Below are positions 32,920 through 43,155 of a stretch of DNA of 64,000 bases, in pieces. The notes beneath the pieces were generated by a model. That model ran no database searches. It saw nothing but the letters and a program-made list of their open reading frames with translations, and was not told where the DNA came from. A program made the translations under genes and the position numbers. The stretch's first letter is position 1. Each line of letters opens with the position of its first letter. The stretch is from Gemmatimonadales bacterium. GTDB lineage: Bacteria > Gemmatimonadota > Gemmatimonadetes > Gemmatimonadales > GWC2-71-9. Where the stretch lies: NCBI GenBank assembly GCA_039794085.1, contig JBDIWC010000013.1:20401-84400 (forward strand), in the 5' to 3' direction.

Positions 32920-34194
32920 TCACGCCCCCTCGCCCCGAAGCCTCCGCCCCACCCGCTCCGCCTCCTCCATGACCCGCAGGAGGTTGCCGCTCCAGAGCTT
33001 CCCGATCTGCTCTTCCGTGTATCCGCGCCGCACCAGCTCCAACGTCACATTGAATGTTTCGGCGGCATCGCTCCACCCCTCCACGCCGCCGCCGCCATCA
33101 AAATCGGAGCTGATCCCCACGTGCTCCAGACCGATCAGCTTGACCGCGTAATCGATGTGATCCACGAACTCCGCCACCGTGGCCCGGGGCGGTGCCGGAA
33201 AGCGCCGGTTCACCTCGGCCATTCGCCGCTGGAACTCCGCTCGGCGCGCCTCGGACAGCCCCTGGGCGGCTCCGCGACCGGCGCCCACGCCGAACTCGCG
33301 ACCAAGCGCCGCGAGAGCCTCCTGCCGCGCCGGGGAATCGCTCTGGCACTTCACGTAGCTGTTGAAGGCCACGACCTGCACCACCCCTCCGTTTTTCTTG
33401 AGGGCCAGGAGCTGCTCGTCGTCGAGGTTCCGGCTGTGGTCACACAACGCCCGGACCGCGGAGTGGCTTGCGATGATCGGCGCCTGGGTGAGTTCCAGGG
33501 TCTGCATCATCGATTGCTTCGAGGGATGGGAGATATCCACCATGATCCCCCACTTGTTCAGCTCGGCGATCACCTGACGCCCGAGTGGACTGAGCCCGTT
33601 GTGAAGCCAGACGCCGTCGCGCTCGCCGGTGTTGGAATCGCTGAGCTGGCTGTGCCCGTTGTGGGCCAGGGAGAGGTACCGTGCCCCGAGTTCGGCAAAC
33701 CTCCGCACATTGCCGAGATCGTCGCCGAGCTGGTACCCATTCTCCACCCCGATGAGCGCCACCTTTTTCCCACTCGCGGCGATCCGCCTCACATCAGCCG
33801 CCGTGCGAGCCAGCTCGATCCGGTCCGGCGCGAGCTCCCGCGTCAACCGGTGGATCGCCTCGAACTTCTGCATGGCCTGAGCGGTGGCCGCGGCAAACCC
33901 GGCGGCGGTCAGGTCGGGCCGCTGGCCCACGTAGACGATCAGAAAGACGGCGTCGAGGCCCCCTTCCTCCATCTTCGGAACGTTCACCTGGGTCGGGAGC
34001 CGGGTGGCGTAGCTCTGGGCCGGCGTGAAGTTGGCGGGGTTGATGTCGACATGCGTGTCGAGCGTGATCACCCGCTCGTGGATGGCGCGGGCCCGAGCCA
34101 CCAGCGCGGCGTCGTCCTGCGCGGCGAGGGGCACCGTGGGCATCAGAACGCCGAGGAGGGAGGGAAGGATGAGGTGAGTACGAGGGGTCGGCAT
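32920..34194 (-). CDS. Membrane dipeptidase (peptidase M19)
   Basis: LDTHVD, IGVENG, VDISH, IASHS, SRNLDD, SSDFDGG. Confidence 0.92.
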   Translation of the reverse strand: MPTPRTHLILPSLLGVLMPTVPLAAQDDAALVARARAIHERVITLDTHVDINPANFTPAQSYATRLPTQVNVPKMEEGGLDAVFLIVYVGQRPDLTAAGFAAATAQAMQKFEAIHRLTRELAPDRIELARTAADVRRIAASGKKVALIGVENGYQLGDDLGNVRRFAELGARYLSLAHNGHSQLSDSNTGERDGVWLHNGLSPLGRQVIAELNKWGIMVDISHPSKQSMMQTLELTQAPIIASHSAVRALCDHSRNLDDEQLLALKKNGGVVQVVAFNSYVKCQSDSPARQEALAALGREFGVGAGRGAAQGLSEARRAEFQRRMAEVNRRFPAPPRATVAEFVDHIDYAVKLIGLEHVGISSDFDGGGGVEGWSDAAETFNVTLELVRRGYTEEQIGKLWSGNLLRVMEEAERVGRRLRGEGA

Positions 34195-34293
34195 GGAAGA
34201 GCCTCGGGACGGGGAGGGAAACCTGAGGAAGACGTGAAAGAACGGATCCGGCACGGGCAACGTCAAGGGCGGAGCAGGGTGGTCGGGATTCAG

Positions 34294-34372
34294 GTCCTAT
34301 GTCCTATGTCCTATTATGTCCTATGTCCTATGTCCTATGTCCTATGTCCTATGTCCTGTATCCTGTGTCCTA
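34294..34372. repeat. (GTCCTAT)n heptamer tandem repeat
   Basis: About 10 units, degenerating at the 3' end; intergenic. Confidence 0.9.
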
Positions 34373-34381
34373 CCGTCCTTG

Positions 34382-35308
34382 TCACTGTATCCGCACGCCG
34401 ACCCGGTGAATCGATCCCGTGCCACGCACCGGTTCGAAGGCGTAGTCGAGCCAGAAGCGGTCGACGCCGAATGACGCTCCGGCGGAGAGAGGATGCTCGG
34501 CGGGGGACCCGTCTCCCTCCACCCGCCGGACTCCGGCCCGCGCCGCAAAGGTCCACCCCTGCACCGGCACCCACGCGATCTCCGCCCCGCCCCCGGGGGA
34601 GAGGTCGCGATGCCACTCCCACGTCACTCCCGCCGCGAGCACCAGGTCGAACCAGACGCCGAGGGGGATGACGCCCGTCATGGCGGAGGCCGAAAGACGA
34701 GCCGGTTGATCGGCAACGGTGCCATCCCGGGAGATGTCGCTTCCGAGGTGCTGCGCCGCGAGCCCTACCGTCACCCGCCCCAGGCTCCGGGCCAGGCCGA
34801 TGTCCACACTGGCCTTGCCGCTCCGTTCCCCGTCCACTCGATCCTCCGCGTAGCGGATCGCGGCCCCGGCGCGCACCCCGAGCAGCGTGGTGGCCACCGC
34901 AGCAGAGGCGGCGAAGCTCGTGGCATCGAGGGGGCCGCGGACGGTGAGTTCCGCCGGGCGGACGGGAAAGCCGCCGGGAAAGGTTCCATGGTCCAGCCAT
35001 GCCACCCCGATGCCCAGGGCAAAACGCCCCGCACTCGTGCTCGTGGCCAGCATCCCGAGCGTGGCGGCGGCCCCGAACCGGGAGACCGAGAGGGAGTGCC
35101 CCGATCGGGCTGGCATCTGCGCCGGATTGTGGAAGATCATGTCGGGCCCGCTGGCGGCGGTCCAGGCGCGCCCGAATCCCGCGCCGCGAACCGAGGTGGC
35201 GGCCCGCAGGACCAGCGGGGCTGTCTCCTGTGCCGCCATCCCGGGTGCGATCCCGATCCCTGGCGCACCGACGAGGACGAGGGCCAGAGCCCAGCGTACA
35301 GATGTCAT
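34382..35308 (-). CDS. Outer membrane beta-barrel, PorV/FadL-like
   Basis: Signal peptide; SVRGAGFG..IFHNPAQM; LDYAFEP..HRVGVRI; ATGA overlap with the upstream gene. Confidence 0.65.
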   Translation of the reverse strand: MTSVRWALALVLVGAPGIGIAPGMAAQETAPLVLRAATSVRGAGFGRAWTAASGPDMIFHNPAQMPARSGHSLSVSRFGAAATLGMLATSTSAGRFALGIGVAWLDHGTFPGGFPVRPAELTVRGPLDATSFAASAAVATTLLGVRAGAAIRYAEDRVDGERSGKASVDIGLARSLGRVTVGLAAQHLGSDISRDGTVADQPARLSASAMTGVIPLGVWFDLVLAAGVTWEWHRDLSPGGGAEIAWVPVQGWTFAARAGVRRVEGDGSPAEHPLSAGASFGVDRFWLDYAFEPVRGTGSIHRVGVRIQ

Positions 35309-37236
35309 CGGACCTCCGGAGACAGGAATGCCGGCCTCGGACGCGACAACCCGACATCCGTTACGACCACGGTGCCGGCCACGGCGCGGTCGAACCTGAG
35401 CCCCAGGCTCCGGAGTGTTCCCGGATCGAACCCGGAATCGAGGGAAACGAAATCGGACAACGGAATGACGTAGGTTTGCAGCATGAGTTCGTACAGGGTG
35501 GGAAACCGAGACGCGTCGAGCCCCCGTCGCCGGTAGACCGTCATCTCGAGGGGCCGCCGGACCGGGCCGTACCGGCTGAGGGGGAGACGGACCTCGACTC
35601 CTCGTCCATCCGTGACCACGACCGAGAGATCGACCGGGAGAGTGTCGCGGTCGGCCGAGCCGCTCCGGCGCCCAGGAGATCGACCGGCCTCCGGCCTCCG
35701 GGTGGCTCCCGAATCGGACGCCGCCTTCCGCGGGGGCGGCGTCTGGTTGATCGGGGCAAGGGAAAGGACGATGGCGCTGGCGGGTCCGACATCCCACGCC
35801 GCGCGGAGCGAATCGGACAGGGAGAAAGTATATGCCGCCGGGGTCCCCCGCCGGGTCGTGTCATCGCCCGCGATCCTGTTGTTCCAGCCGAGCCAGACGG
35901 CGCCATGTCCCACGGTGCTGTTGCGGGATCGAAGCGGAAGGCGCCCCTCCCTCCAGGTGCCCAGGCTGTCTCCCCGCAGAGTCACCCCCGGCACCGCGCC
36001 GGTTGTCACATCCACGTCCTCGTTGTACCGGGCCAGGGCACGGAACCCGCTCTCCTCGAATCGCGTGAGATACATGGTGCGGGGAAGCCACCCGCCGATG
36101 ACCCGGTGATCCCGAAAGATCGGGAGGTACTCGTCCCGGCCTCGCAGAGTCGCGTCCAGAAAGGCCCCGACGTACACCTCCAGAAACCGGCGCTGTTCCT
36201 CCGCCGGGATCAGCCCCCTCAGATCGAGAAACCGGGCGCTACGGGGTCCCGCGTCCCGGGAGCCCCAGACCGTGTTCCACTGACCATGGTTGGCGCGGTA
36301 CATGTAGACCGCCGCCTTGAACCAGTGCCCGTCCCCGGTGAACCAGACTCGTTCATACTGACGAAGCCCCGAAAAGCTCGATACGTCCCCGTCGTGCGAC
36401 CCGTGGACCACGAGGTAGTTTACATTGGACAGCGGCGTCGGCTGGCCCACGGGCTCGTACTGCCCATCCACCGGTGCGATGGCCACCAGGGAGCGGATCC
36501 CGAAGCCGAAGTGGAAGGTGAGGGTCGCGTCGTCCGGGTAGTGCGTCAGGCGGTTGAAGAGACCCGCCACCGCCACCGCCTCTCCCCCACGCGAATGCCC
36601 CATCAACGCAATGCGCTCCAGATCCACCTTCTGATGAAAGGGGCCGCCCGCCGAATCGGCAAACTGCCGCCAGGCTTCGAGGTGCTTGAGCAGCATCCAC
36701 CCCCGCGCATCGTTCTCGCCGCGGATGTTCCCGTTCAGGAAGTTCATGTCCACACTGGCCACGATGTAGCCCCGGCTCGCCAGCAATGATCCCAGGTACG
36801 CATACCCGGGATCGCTGAAGTCCTTCATGTTGTGATTGCCGTGGACGACGAGTACCAACGGAAACGGTCCGATACCCTCCGGATACCAGACTCTCCCGTT
36901 GATCGGCATCGCGTCGAAACCGAATCCCCAGTACTCCTTCCGTTCGCGCCCCAGGGCCGGCGTGGGAGCGGAGGCCAGCTTGCTCCCATCCACAGACCCG
37001 GTGCGAATGCTCACCGAGTCGCGGAACTCGGCCCGGCGCCGGTCGGTCCCGCTCCCGTAGAACAGGGTGTGAACCGGAAAGGGGCCTCGCTCAGCCGGAT
37101 GAGGCGCCGTCAGGAGCTGGCGCCCCAGAACCGCATTTGAATCGTCCCGGGCCAGGCGAAGGGGCTGCACACATCCCGCCGCAAGCACCACCCCGGCAAC
37201 CGCCGTGCACCATCGGGTCCATCGATGTCCTGCCAT
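35305..37236 (-). CDS. Alpha/beta hydrolase lipoprotein
   Basis: LAAGC lipobox; PLVLVVHGNH; GHSRGG nucleophile elbow; HDGDV; ANHGQWN. Confidence 0.85.
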   Translation of the reverse strand: MAGHRWTRWCTAVAGVVLAAGCVQPLRLARDDSNAVLGRQLLTAPHPAERGPFPVHTLFYGSGTDRRRAEFRDSVSIRTGSVDGSKLASAPTPALGRERKEYWGFGFDAMPINGRVWYPEGIGPFPLVLVVHGNHNMKDFSDPGYAYLGSLLASRGYIVASVDMNFLNGNIRGENDARGWMLLKHLEAWRQFADSAGGPFHQKVDLERIALMGHSRGGEAVAVAGLFNRLTHYPDDATLTFHFGFGIRSLVAIAPVDGQYEPVGQPTPLSNVNYLVVHGSHDGDVSSFSGLRQYERVWFTGDGHWFKAAVYMYRANHGQWNTVWGSRDAGPRSARFLDLRGLIPAEEQRRFLEVYVGAFLDATLRGRDEYLPIFRDHRVIGGWLPRTMYLTRFEESGFRALARYNEDVDVTTGAVPGVTLRGDSLGTWREGRLPLRSRNSTVGHGAVWLGWNNRIAGDDTTRRGTPAAYTFSLSDSLRAAWDVGPASAIVLSLAPINQTPPPRKAASDSGATRRPEAGRSPGRRSGSADRDTLPVDLSVVVTDGRGVEVRLPLSRYGPVRRPLEMTVYRRRGLDASRFPTLYELMLQTYVIPLSDFVSLDSGFDPGTLRSLGLRFDRAVAGTVVVTDVGLSRPRPAFLSPEVR

Positions 37237-37435
37237 CGGTACCATCCTTTCGAACGCGCCGCAGCCTGCGTCGGGACCGGTGTCGGGCGAACAACGATAG
37301 CCAACTCCCAATCGGATTGCAGCCCCTGGCCGGTCGGCCCGGAGATCCTCCGTCACCTCCGGCGCTGGCGCAATGCGTCCCGATACGCCATCGTTGGGGT
37401 ATCCGGACCGCGACATCAACCCTTGCCGAGACCCT

Positions 37436-37759
37436 ATGCCCGAGACCCTCTGGCGGAACCTGGCCACCACCTGGCCCCTGGTCACCATCTCCGTGGCCCT
37501 TTCCCTTTTCGGGTATCTCTTCCGGAAGCCGGGGTTGCTCATCTTCGGAGCGTTTCTCCTGATCCCATTCGGCTGGTCAATCCGGAGTCATCCCGATTAC
37601 GATATCCTGGGACCGGCGCTCCCCGTTTTTCTCCTGGGAGCCGCCGTATTTGTCATGAAGGCGCGGTACTGGGCAGCCCTGGTTCTCGTGACTGTTCCGG
37701 TGGCCGTGGTCGTGAGGTATGTCCACATGCTCCTGCTGGAAAACGGGGTCACCCCCTGA
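37436..37759 (+). CDS. Small multi-pass membrane protein
   Basis: About four hydrophobic segments. Confidence 0.65.
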   Translation: MPETLWRNLATTWPLVTISVALSLFGYLFRKPGLLIFGAFLLIPFGWSIRSHPDYDILGPALPVFLLGAAVFVMKARYWAALVLVTVPVAVVVRYVHMLLLENGVTP

Positions 37760-37763
37760 TGTG

Positions 37764-38228
37764 ATGGAACTCTTGCGCGAATCCGGGACGATTCCGGCCG
37801 ACCTCCCTGATGTCTGGCGAGTGGTGTCCGACCCCGCTCGGTTCCCCGAGTGGCTCGACCAGATTGAATCGGTCACCCTTCCTCCCGGGTTGCCAGGACC
37901 GGGGTACCGGTATGCGGTGGTGTACGAACTCCAGGACATCCGCATGACCCTCGCGGCGGAGATGACCACCTTCGAGCCGCCCACTCGGCTGGTTTGCACC
38001 TGCACCGGTGGGTCCCTGGCCCCTGACGAACAGGTCCAGGAGGAGTACACCCTCTCCCCGGTGATCGGTGGAACCCAGGTGGATCGGCAGGTGTCCATCC
38101 TGGGACGGGAGGTCGGGTGGGCCGCCCGATTGCTGATGCGGGCCCTCGCCTCCGTCACCCAGGATTTGCAGCAGGAGTCCCGCGCGATCGTACGACTCGA
38201 GGCCCTGGTCGTGGCGAGTCGTGGGTGA
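37764..38228 (+). CDS. SRPBCC (START-like) family protein
   Basis: IPADLPDVWRVVSDPARFPEW; TTFEPPTRL. Confidence 0.8.
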   Translation: MELLRESGTIPADLPDVWRVVSDPARFPEWLDQIESVTLPPGLPGPGYRYAVVYELQDIRMTLAAEMTTFEPPTRLVCTCTGGSLAPDEQVQEEYTLSPVIGGTQVDRQVSILGREVGWAARLLMRALASVTQDLQQESRAIVRLEALVVASRG

Positions 38229-38307
38229 GGGGACAAAAAAGCGGGAGGGCGCTACTTTTCGGGTGACCCTGCCTCCTTCTCACCCGCTCACCCGGCCGGC
38301 GCAAACC

Positions 38308-38643
38308 ATGGACTCCCTCCTTCCGCTTCCTGACCAGAACACGCTCCGCAAGGCCCTCGCTGATCCGGTGAGCATCGTGCTGAAGCACAGCCCGATCTGC
38401 GGCGTGTCCTCCGCCGCCCACCGGGAAGTCCAGCGCTTCGCCTCGGCCCATCGGGATGTACCGTGCTACGTCGTCAACGTCTTCACCGCCCGGAGCATCG
38501 CCCGCCAGATGGCCGCGGACACCGGGATCGCCCATGCGTCTCCCCAGGCCTTCCTCTTTCGTCATGGGAAGACCGAATGGGTGGCCAGCCATTATTCGGT
38601 CACCGCCGAGGCCCTGGAGGAGGCGTTGGGAAAGACCCGATGA
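38308..38643 (+). CDS. ytxJ: Monothiol bacilliredoxin YtxJ/BrxC-like (DUF2847)
   Basis: LKHSPICGVS, GIAHASPQA, WVASHYSVT. Confidence 0.8.
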   Translation: MDSLLPLPDQNTLRKALADPVSIVLKHSPICGVSSAAHREVQRFASAHRDVPCYVVNVFTARSIARQMAADTGIAHASPQAFLFRHGKTEWVASHYSVTAEALEEALGKTR

Positions 38644-39017
38644 CCCGCCGACGCGCCGCGAACCCCGTCAACCTCAGGCAGAAGGCCTCGTCCATCCCCA
38701 CCCTGTGGACCCCCGGCATTGTGGGAGAGCTGAATGGGCAGTACCTCAAGCTTGCCCGTGTCAAGGGAAGGTTTGTCTGGCACCGGCACGAGCAGGAGGA
38801 CGAGTGCTTTGTGGTACTTCAGGGGAGGCTTCGAATTGAGTTCCGCGATGGAGAGGTGACCCTCGAGGAGGGTGAGATGTACATCGTCCCGCGCGGGGTT
38901 GAACACTGCCCGGTCGCCGAGGAGGAGGCTCACATCATGTTGTGTGAGCCCGTGGCCACCCAACATACGGGAACCGTCGACGATCCGCGGACTGTCCGCC
39001 ACCTGGAGTGGATCTGA
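38640..39017 (+). CDS. Cupin domain protein
   Basis: KGRFVWHRHEQEDECF, VPRGVEHCP; ATGA overlap. Confidence 0.9.
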   Translation: MTRRRAANPVNLRQKASSIPTLWTPGIVGELNGQYLKLARVKGRFVWHRHEQEDECFVVLQGRLRIEFRDGEVTLEEGEMYIVPRGVEHCPVAEEEAHIMLCEPVATQHTGTVDDPRTVRHLEWI

Positions 39018-39215
39018 ACGATGGCCGCCAGGGCCGAACACTTCGCGGGACCATCCAGCCGGACCTGACCTGGCCCTCCTCCAGAACCACCCGGACCCGG
39101 ATGACGTTCTCTCCCGGGGCTTCCGGGTGGTGTTGGCGAGCACCTCAGGCCACCTTTAGCTCCTCCTGACCCCCGCACCGCGAGGGCCGGGTTTCCCTCC
39201 ACCGTTTACAAGGAC

Positions 39216-39581
39216 ATGGTCATGCAGAAGGTCTTTGCCGCGATCGCGGGAATTCTGCTCGGCGCCGCGGGGATGTGGTTCCTCTCCCGGACTCCGGCCC
39301 CCGACGTGGACGCGGCGGCCGCCGCCCGAGGTGAATCTCTCTACCAGGTCTGCGCCGTCTGCCACGGCCCAACCGGCATGGGCAACCCCGACACCTTCGC
39401 GCCCCGGATCCAGGGACAGCACGCGTGGTACCTGGAAACCCAGTTGCGCAACTTCCGGGCGGGGCTCCGCGGAGTGGACAGCCTCGACCTGAATGGTCAG
39501 GTCATGCGGCCGATGGCCTTGGGTTTACCCAACGAGGAGGCCGTCCGGGACGTCGTGGCCTACATTCAGACGCTGCGATAG
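39216..39581 (+). CDS. Monoheme cytochrome c (c553/c4-like)
   Basis: N-terminal TM; CAVCH; PRIQGQHAWYLETQL; distal Met. Confidence 0.88.
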   Translation: MVMQKVFAAIAGILLGAAGMWFLSRTPAPDVDAAAAARGESLYQVCAVCHGPTGMGNPDTFAPRIQGQHAWYLETQLRNFRAGLRGVDSLDLNGQVMRPMALGLPNEEAVRDVVAYIQTLR

Positions 39582-39596
39582 TCACCCGTCCAGAAA

Positions 39597-39630
39597 ACGG
39601 GGGCCCCCCGAGAATGAGGAGGCCCCCGTT
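39597..39630. terminator. Probable bidirectional terminator
   Basis: aacgggggcc ... ggcccccgtt hairpin between convergent cytochrome genes. Confidence 0.6.
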
Positions 39631-39647
39631 GACACCATCCGGGAAGC

Positions 39648-40070
39648 CTACCTGGCCTGGAACTGCTTCTGCTCGACGTCCTCGATGTATGCGGAAAGCG
39701 CCGCCAGTTCCTGGGAACTCCAGGGCAGCGGCTCGGCCTTCATCGGGACGATCATGCAAAACTGAACCATCTGGGCCGCGTCGATCGACTCGAGGTCCGC
39801 CATGCCCTTGGCCATGGCCACCCGGTGCGGATAGGGTTCCTTGAACGTGCTCTTGAACTGTGCTCCGTTCATGTGACAGCTCTCACATGAAACCCCCGCT
39901 TTCCCCAGATTCGAGTCCTTCCAGAGCGTGGCACCCATGGCCACGAGTTCGGCGCGGTCCCCCTCGAACGGCGGCATGTTGGCGGGGCGCATGACCAGCT
40001 CAGGGTCGACACTCCCGCAGCCCGCCAGTACGAGGGCGGTCACCGCTCCATACAGCGTCTTCTTGATCAC
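39648..40070 (-). CDS. Monoheme cytochrome c lipoprotein
   Basis: LAGC lipobox; CESCH; MVQFCMIVPMKA (possible Cys ligand as in SoxA/TsdA-like domains). Confidence 0.8.
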   Translation of the reverse strand: MIKKTLYGAVTALVLAGCGSVDPELVMRPANMPPFEGDRAELVAMGATLWKDSNLGKAGVSCESCHMNGAQFKSTFKEPYPHRVAMAKGMADLESIDAAQMVQFCMIVPMKAEPLPWSSQELAALSAYIEDVEQKQFQAR

Positions 40071-40509
40071 GTTGCTTGCCTCCACGGCCTGATGGTTGTG
40101 AGATATGTCGATCTTCCCCTCGGGGAAAGCCAACACCCATGCCAGATCCTATCCCCATTGCCCCACGAATGCGAGGGGAGACCAATCGGGCCCAGTCCGG
40201 CCCTCGGCCTTCCCCGCACCCTGAAAGACGGCGGGAAGACGAAACTGGATCTCAACCCACCATGGGGCCCCTATGGTTCTTCGTCCTCCCCCTTGTCATC
40301 GTCATCGCGCCTTCCCAGGGTCTCCTCCCGGTTCGAGCGATCCACCGTCGCACCAGGGCTCACGTAAGCCGACGTGGCTCCATGGACATAGACCAACTCC
40401 CCGCCACTGTGGCCCACGGAGTAGCTGGCCGGGAGAACTCCGATGGCTCCCGCCGTGGCCACCACCATCCGCGCAATCTCTCCCACCCGCTCTCGGGCCA
40501 GTCCGACCG

Positions 40510-40600
40510 GGTGGAGGCCGACGAACCCACGACGGGTCCGGCCCATTTCGTGGTCGCGGATCCCGAGGGCAATCCCATTCTTGTGGACCAGCACGTGTGA
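40510..40600 (+). pseudogene. Orphan C-terminal remnant of a VOC/glyoxalase gene
   Basis: EADEPTTGPAHFVVADPEGNPILVDQHV* with no matching N-terminus. Confidence 0.6.
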
Positions 40601-40806
40601 CCCCGACGAGGGCGCCGGGGAAGGGGGGGAGCATCCACCGACCCCGGCGTGCGGGAGGTCCTTTTCTGGCCAACGATTCAAACTGGCAGTAGTTTATTCT
40701 CTGGAGCGTGAGAATCCGGCGGTGCGCACGGGCCTTGCGGCATACGCCGTGAAGCGGATCCGGACGGGTGAGGGCCGAGGGACCCCCTCAGGCGGCGAGA
40801 GTCATC

Positions 40807-43155
40807 ATGCTGATTGACCGGGTGCGACAGGCACTGGCCCCCCAGTTCGACATCGAGCGCGAGCTGGGGCGTGGGGGCACCGGTGTGGTATTCCTCGCCC
40901 GGGACCCCGTGCTGGATCGCGCGGTTGCCCTGAAGGTGTTGCTCCCGGAACTGGCCACTGCCGTGTCGGTGGAGCGGTTTATTCGGGAGGCCCGGATCCT
41001 GGCCCGGCTCCGGCATCCCTGCATTGTGAGCGTGCACCAGGCCGGGAAGGCAGGGGAGTTTCTCTACTTCACCATGGACCTGGTGCAGGGGGAAACCCTC
41101 GAGGCCCGGCTGCGGCGCGGGCCCCTGTCCGTGCCCGACCTTCACTCCCTCGCACGGGATCTGACCGAGGCCCTCGCTGCCGCTCACACCGAGGGTATTG
41201 TCCATCGGGACGTGAAACCGGGGAATATCTTTCTGCAGGGCGACCATGCCTTGCTGGCCGACTTCGGGATTGCCTGGAGCGAGTCCGACTCCACTCTCAC
41301 CCTCCCCGGAACAGCTCCCGGCACCCCGGCCTTCATGGCACCCGAACAGCGCTCCGGCAAGACCGCCACTCCCGCCACCGATGTGCATGCCGCGGGGCTG
41401 GTTCTCTACCATGCCGCCACCGGAGAACACTGGATGGAGGCTCCGCAGGGCGAGCGCCGCGTCCTGCGCGCTTTGCCCCGGACCCTCCGAGCCCCCGTGC
41501 GCCGGGCGCTCGCGCCCCACCCCGCCGATCGATGGACCGACGCGGCAGCCTTTCGGGAGGCGGTGATCCGGGCACGGCGCCCTTGGCGCAGGCTCCTCCC
41601 GCTGGCGGCTGCCCTCGCATTCCTCGGCCTTCCTGCGGTCCTCTGGCTTGGCCGGGAGCGCTGTGGATCACTGCAGGATCCCTGGATCACGGCCTCGATG
41701 CTTCCCGCCTCGATGGCTGCGCGATGCGCCGTGACCCGGGCAGAGGAGCACTACAACCAGGGACGATGGGAGGAGGCCGAGGCCGAGTTCCGGGCCGCCG
41801 CGGTGGACAAGACCTGCCCGCTCTGCACCTATCGCCTGCTGGACATCGAACGCTGGACGGTGCGCACCCGCAACCCCGCCTTCCGTGAGCTCCATGCCGC
41901 GGCCCTGAGCGCCGTGGATCGGTTTTCTCCCGCCTACCGCATGCTCCTCGCAGCCGAAGCCCTCTCCAACCCGGAACGCCTCGCACGCCTGGAGGAGATC
42001 ACCCGGAGCCACCGTGACTTCTACCTCCCCTGGTACCTCCTGGGTGAAGAGCAGTACCACCAGGGACCCCTCTTCGGACACACGGTCGAGGAGGCCGTTG
42101 TCAGCTTCCAGCGCGCCATCCAGCTTCGGGCCGATTTTGCGATTCCCTGGACCGACCTCGTCCTGGCCCACGTCTCTCTCGATGATTCCCTCGCGGCCCT
42201 CGACGCCAGCCGGCACCTCGCCGACCTTGCCCCCACCACGGGACTCGCCCTGGCCCAACGCGCCATGGCACAGGTCGCCTTCGCCTTTCGCTTCGGGGAT
42301 GGAGACCAGACCGCGTCCCGCATCGTGGCCGATCCTGCCACCGGAAACGTTCCGGAACTTGCGGCGGCACCACGGCTCCTTCCCGCCTTCGGTCAACCCG
42401 ACGGAGCGGTGAGGTTCGGGCGTCTCTTCGAATCCGGGGTGCCCGATCGACGCCTGCAGCTTTCCGGTCTCGCCGCCCAGCTCTTCGGTCACACGGCACT
42501 CGGTCGGCCCGATTCCATGCGGGCCGCGGCGATCCGCCTGGCCCAGCACGGAACCGACGTGTCCTGGTCCCGCCTGGCACTCGGACTGGGGCAGATCGAG
42601 TCTGTCTTCTTCCCCGACGAGGTCACCGGTGCCACAACTCTGACCGAGTCGATTGCCCGTTCGTCCCTCCTCGACGGGGCGGCGGAGAACCCGATGTTTC
42701 GGACCCTGTCCCGGGCATGGCGCGCCGCAGATGCCGGGCAACCCGCCGTCGCCGTCGCCGAGACCGACACCCTGATGCAGGATCCCGACCGGCTGGGCGA
42801 GGGGGATCCCTTCCTGCGATCCCTGGTCTATCTTTCGCGCGCGGTCTGGTTCGAACGATTGGGACAGGTGGACCGAGCTCGTCAAACGTATCGCTGGCAC
42901 CGGCACTTCCATGTTCCCCTCACCGGCTTCCCCCAGAGTGGCCCGGTGGCCGCCGAGGTGGACTGGGCTCTGGGAACCCTGGCCGAATGGCGCCTGGCCC
43001 GGCTCCTCAACCGAACGGGGCTTCCCGACCTCGAACTCTGCCGCGGCCTGAAGCAGGTGAGTCGTCTCTGGAAGGACGGGGACAGTGCCCACCAGACCCG
43101 GGCGGCCACGGCGGGCAGCCGCTTCGCCGCCCTGGGATGCGAGGCTCTCACCTGA
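40807..43155 (+). CDS. Hanks-type Ser/Thr kinase with TM and TPR-like domain
   Basis: LGRGGTG, VALK, HRDVKPGN, DFG, GTPAFMAPE. Confidence 0.92.
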   Translation: MLIDRVRQALAPQFDIERELGRGGTGVVFLARDPVLDRAVALKVLLPELATAVSVERFIREARILARLRHPCIVSVHQAGKAGEFLYFTMDLVQGETLEARLRRGPLSVPDLHSLARDLTEALAAAHTEGIVHRDVKPGNIFLQGDHALLADFGIAWSESDSTLTLPGTAPGTPAFMAPEQRSGKTATPATDVHAAGLVLYHAATGEHWMEAPQGERRVLRALPRTLRAPVRRALAPHPADRWTDAAAFREAVIRARRPWRRLLPLAAALAFLGLPAVLWLGRERCGSLQDPWITASMLPASMAARCAVTRAEEHYNQGRWEEAEAEFRAAAVDKTCPLCTYRLLDIERWTVRTRNPAFRELHAAALSAVDRFSPAYRMLLAAEALSNPERLARLEEITRSHRDFYLPWYLLGEEQYHQGPLFGHTVEEAVVSFQRAIQLRADFAIPWTDLVLAHVSLDDSLAALDASRHLADLAPTTGLALAQRAMAQVAFAFRFGDGDQTASRIVADPATGNVPELAAAPRLLPAFGQPDGAVRFGRLFESGVPDRRLQLSGLAAQLFGHTALGRPDSMRAAAIRLAQHGTDVSWSRLALGLGQIESVFFPDEVTGATTLTESIARSSLLDGAAENPMFRTLSRAWRAADAGQPAVAVAETDTLMQDPDRLGEGDPFLRSLVYLSRAVWFERLGQVDRARQTYRWHRHFHVPLTGFPQSGPVAAEVDWALGTLAEWRLARLLNRTGLPDLELCRGLKQVSRLWKDGDSAHQTRAATAGSRFAALGCEALT

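Noticed and set aside
39020..39159. Possible further orphan gene tail (..DDVLSRGFRVVLASTSGHL*)
   Set aside because: Could not assign it to any family by eye
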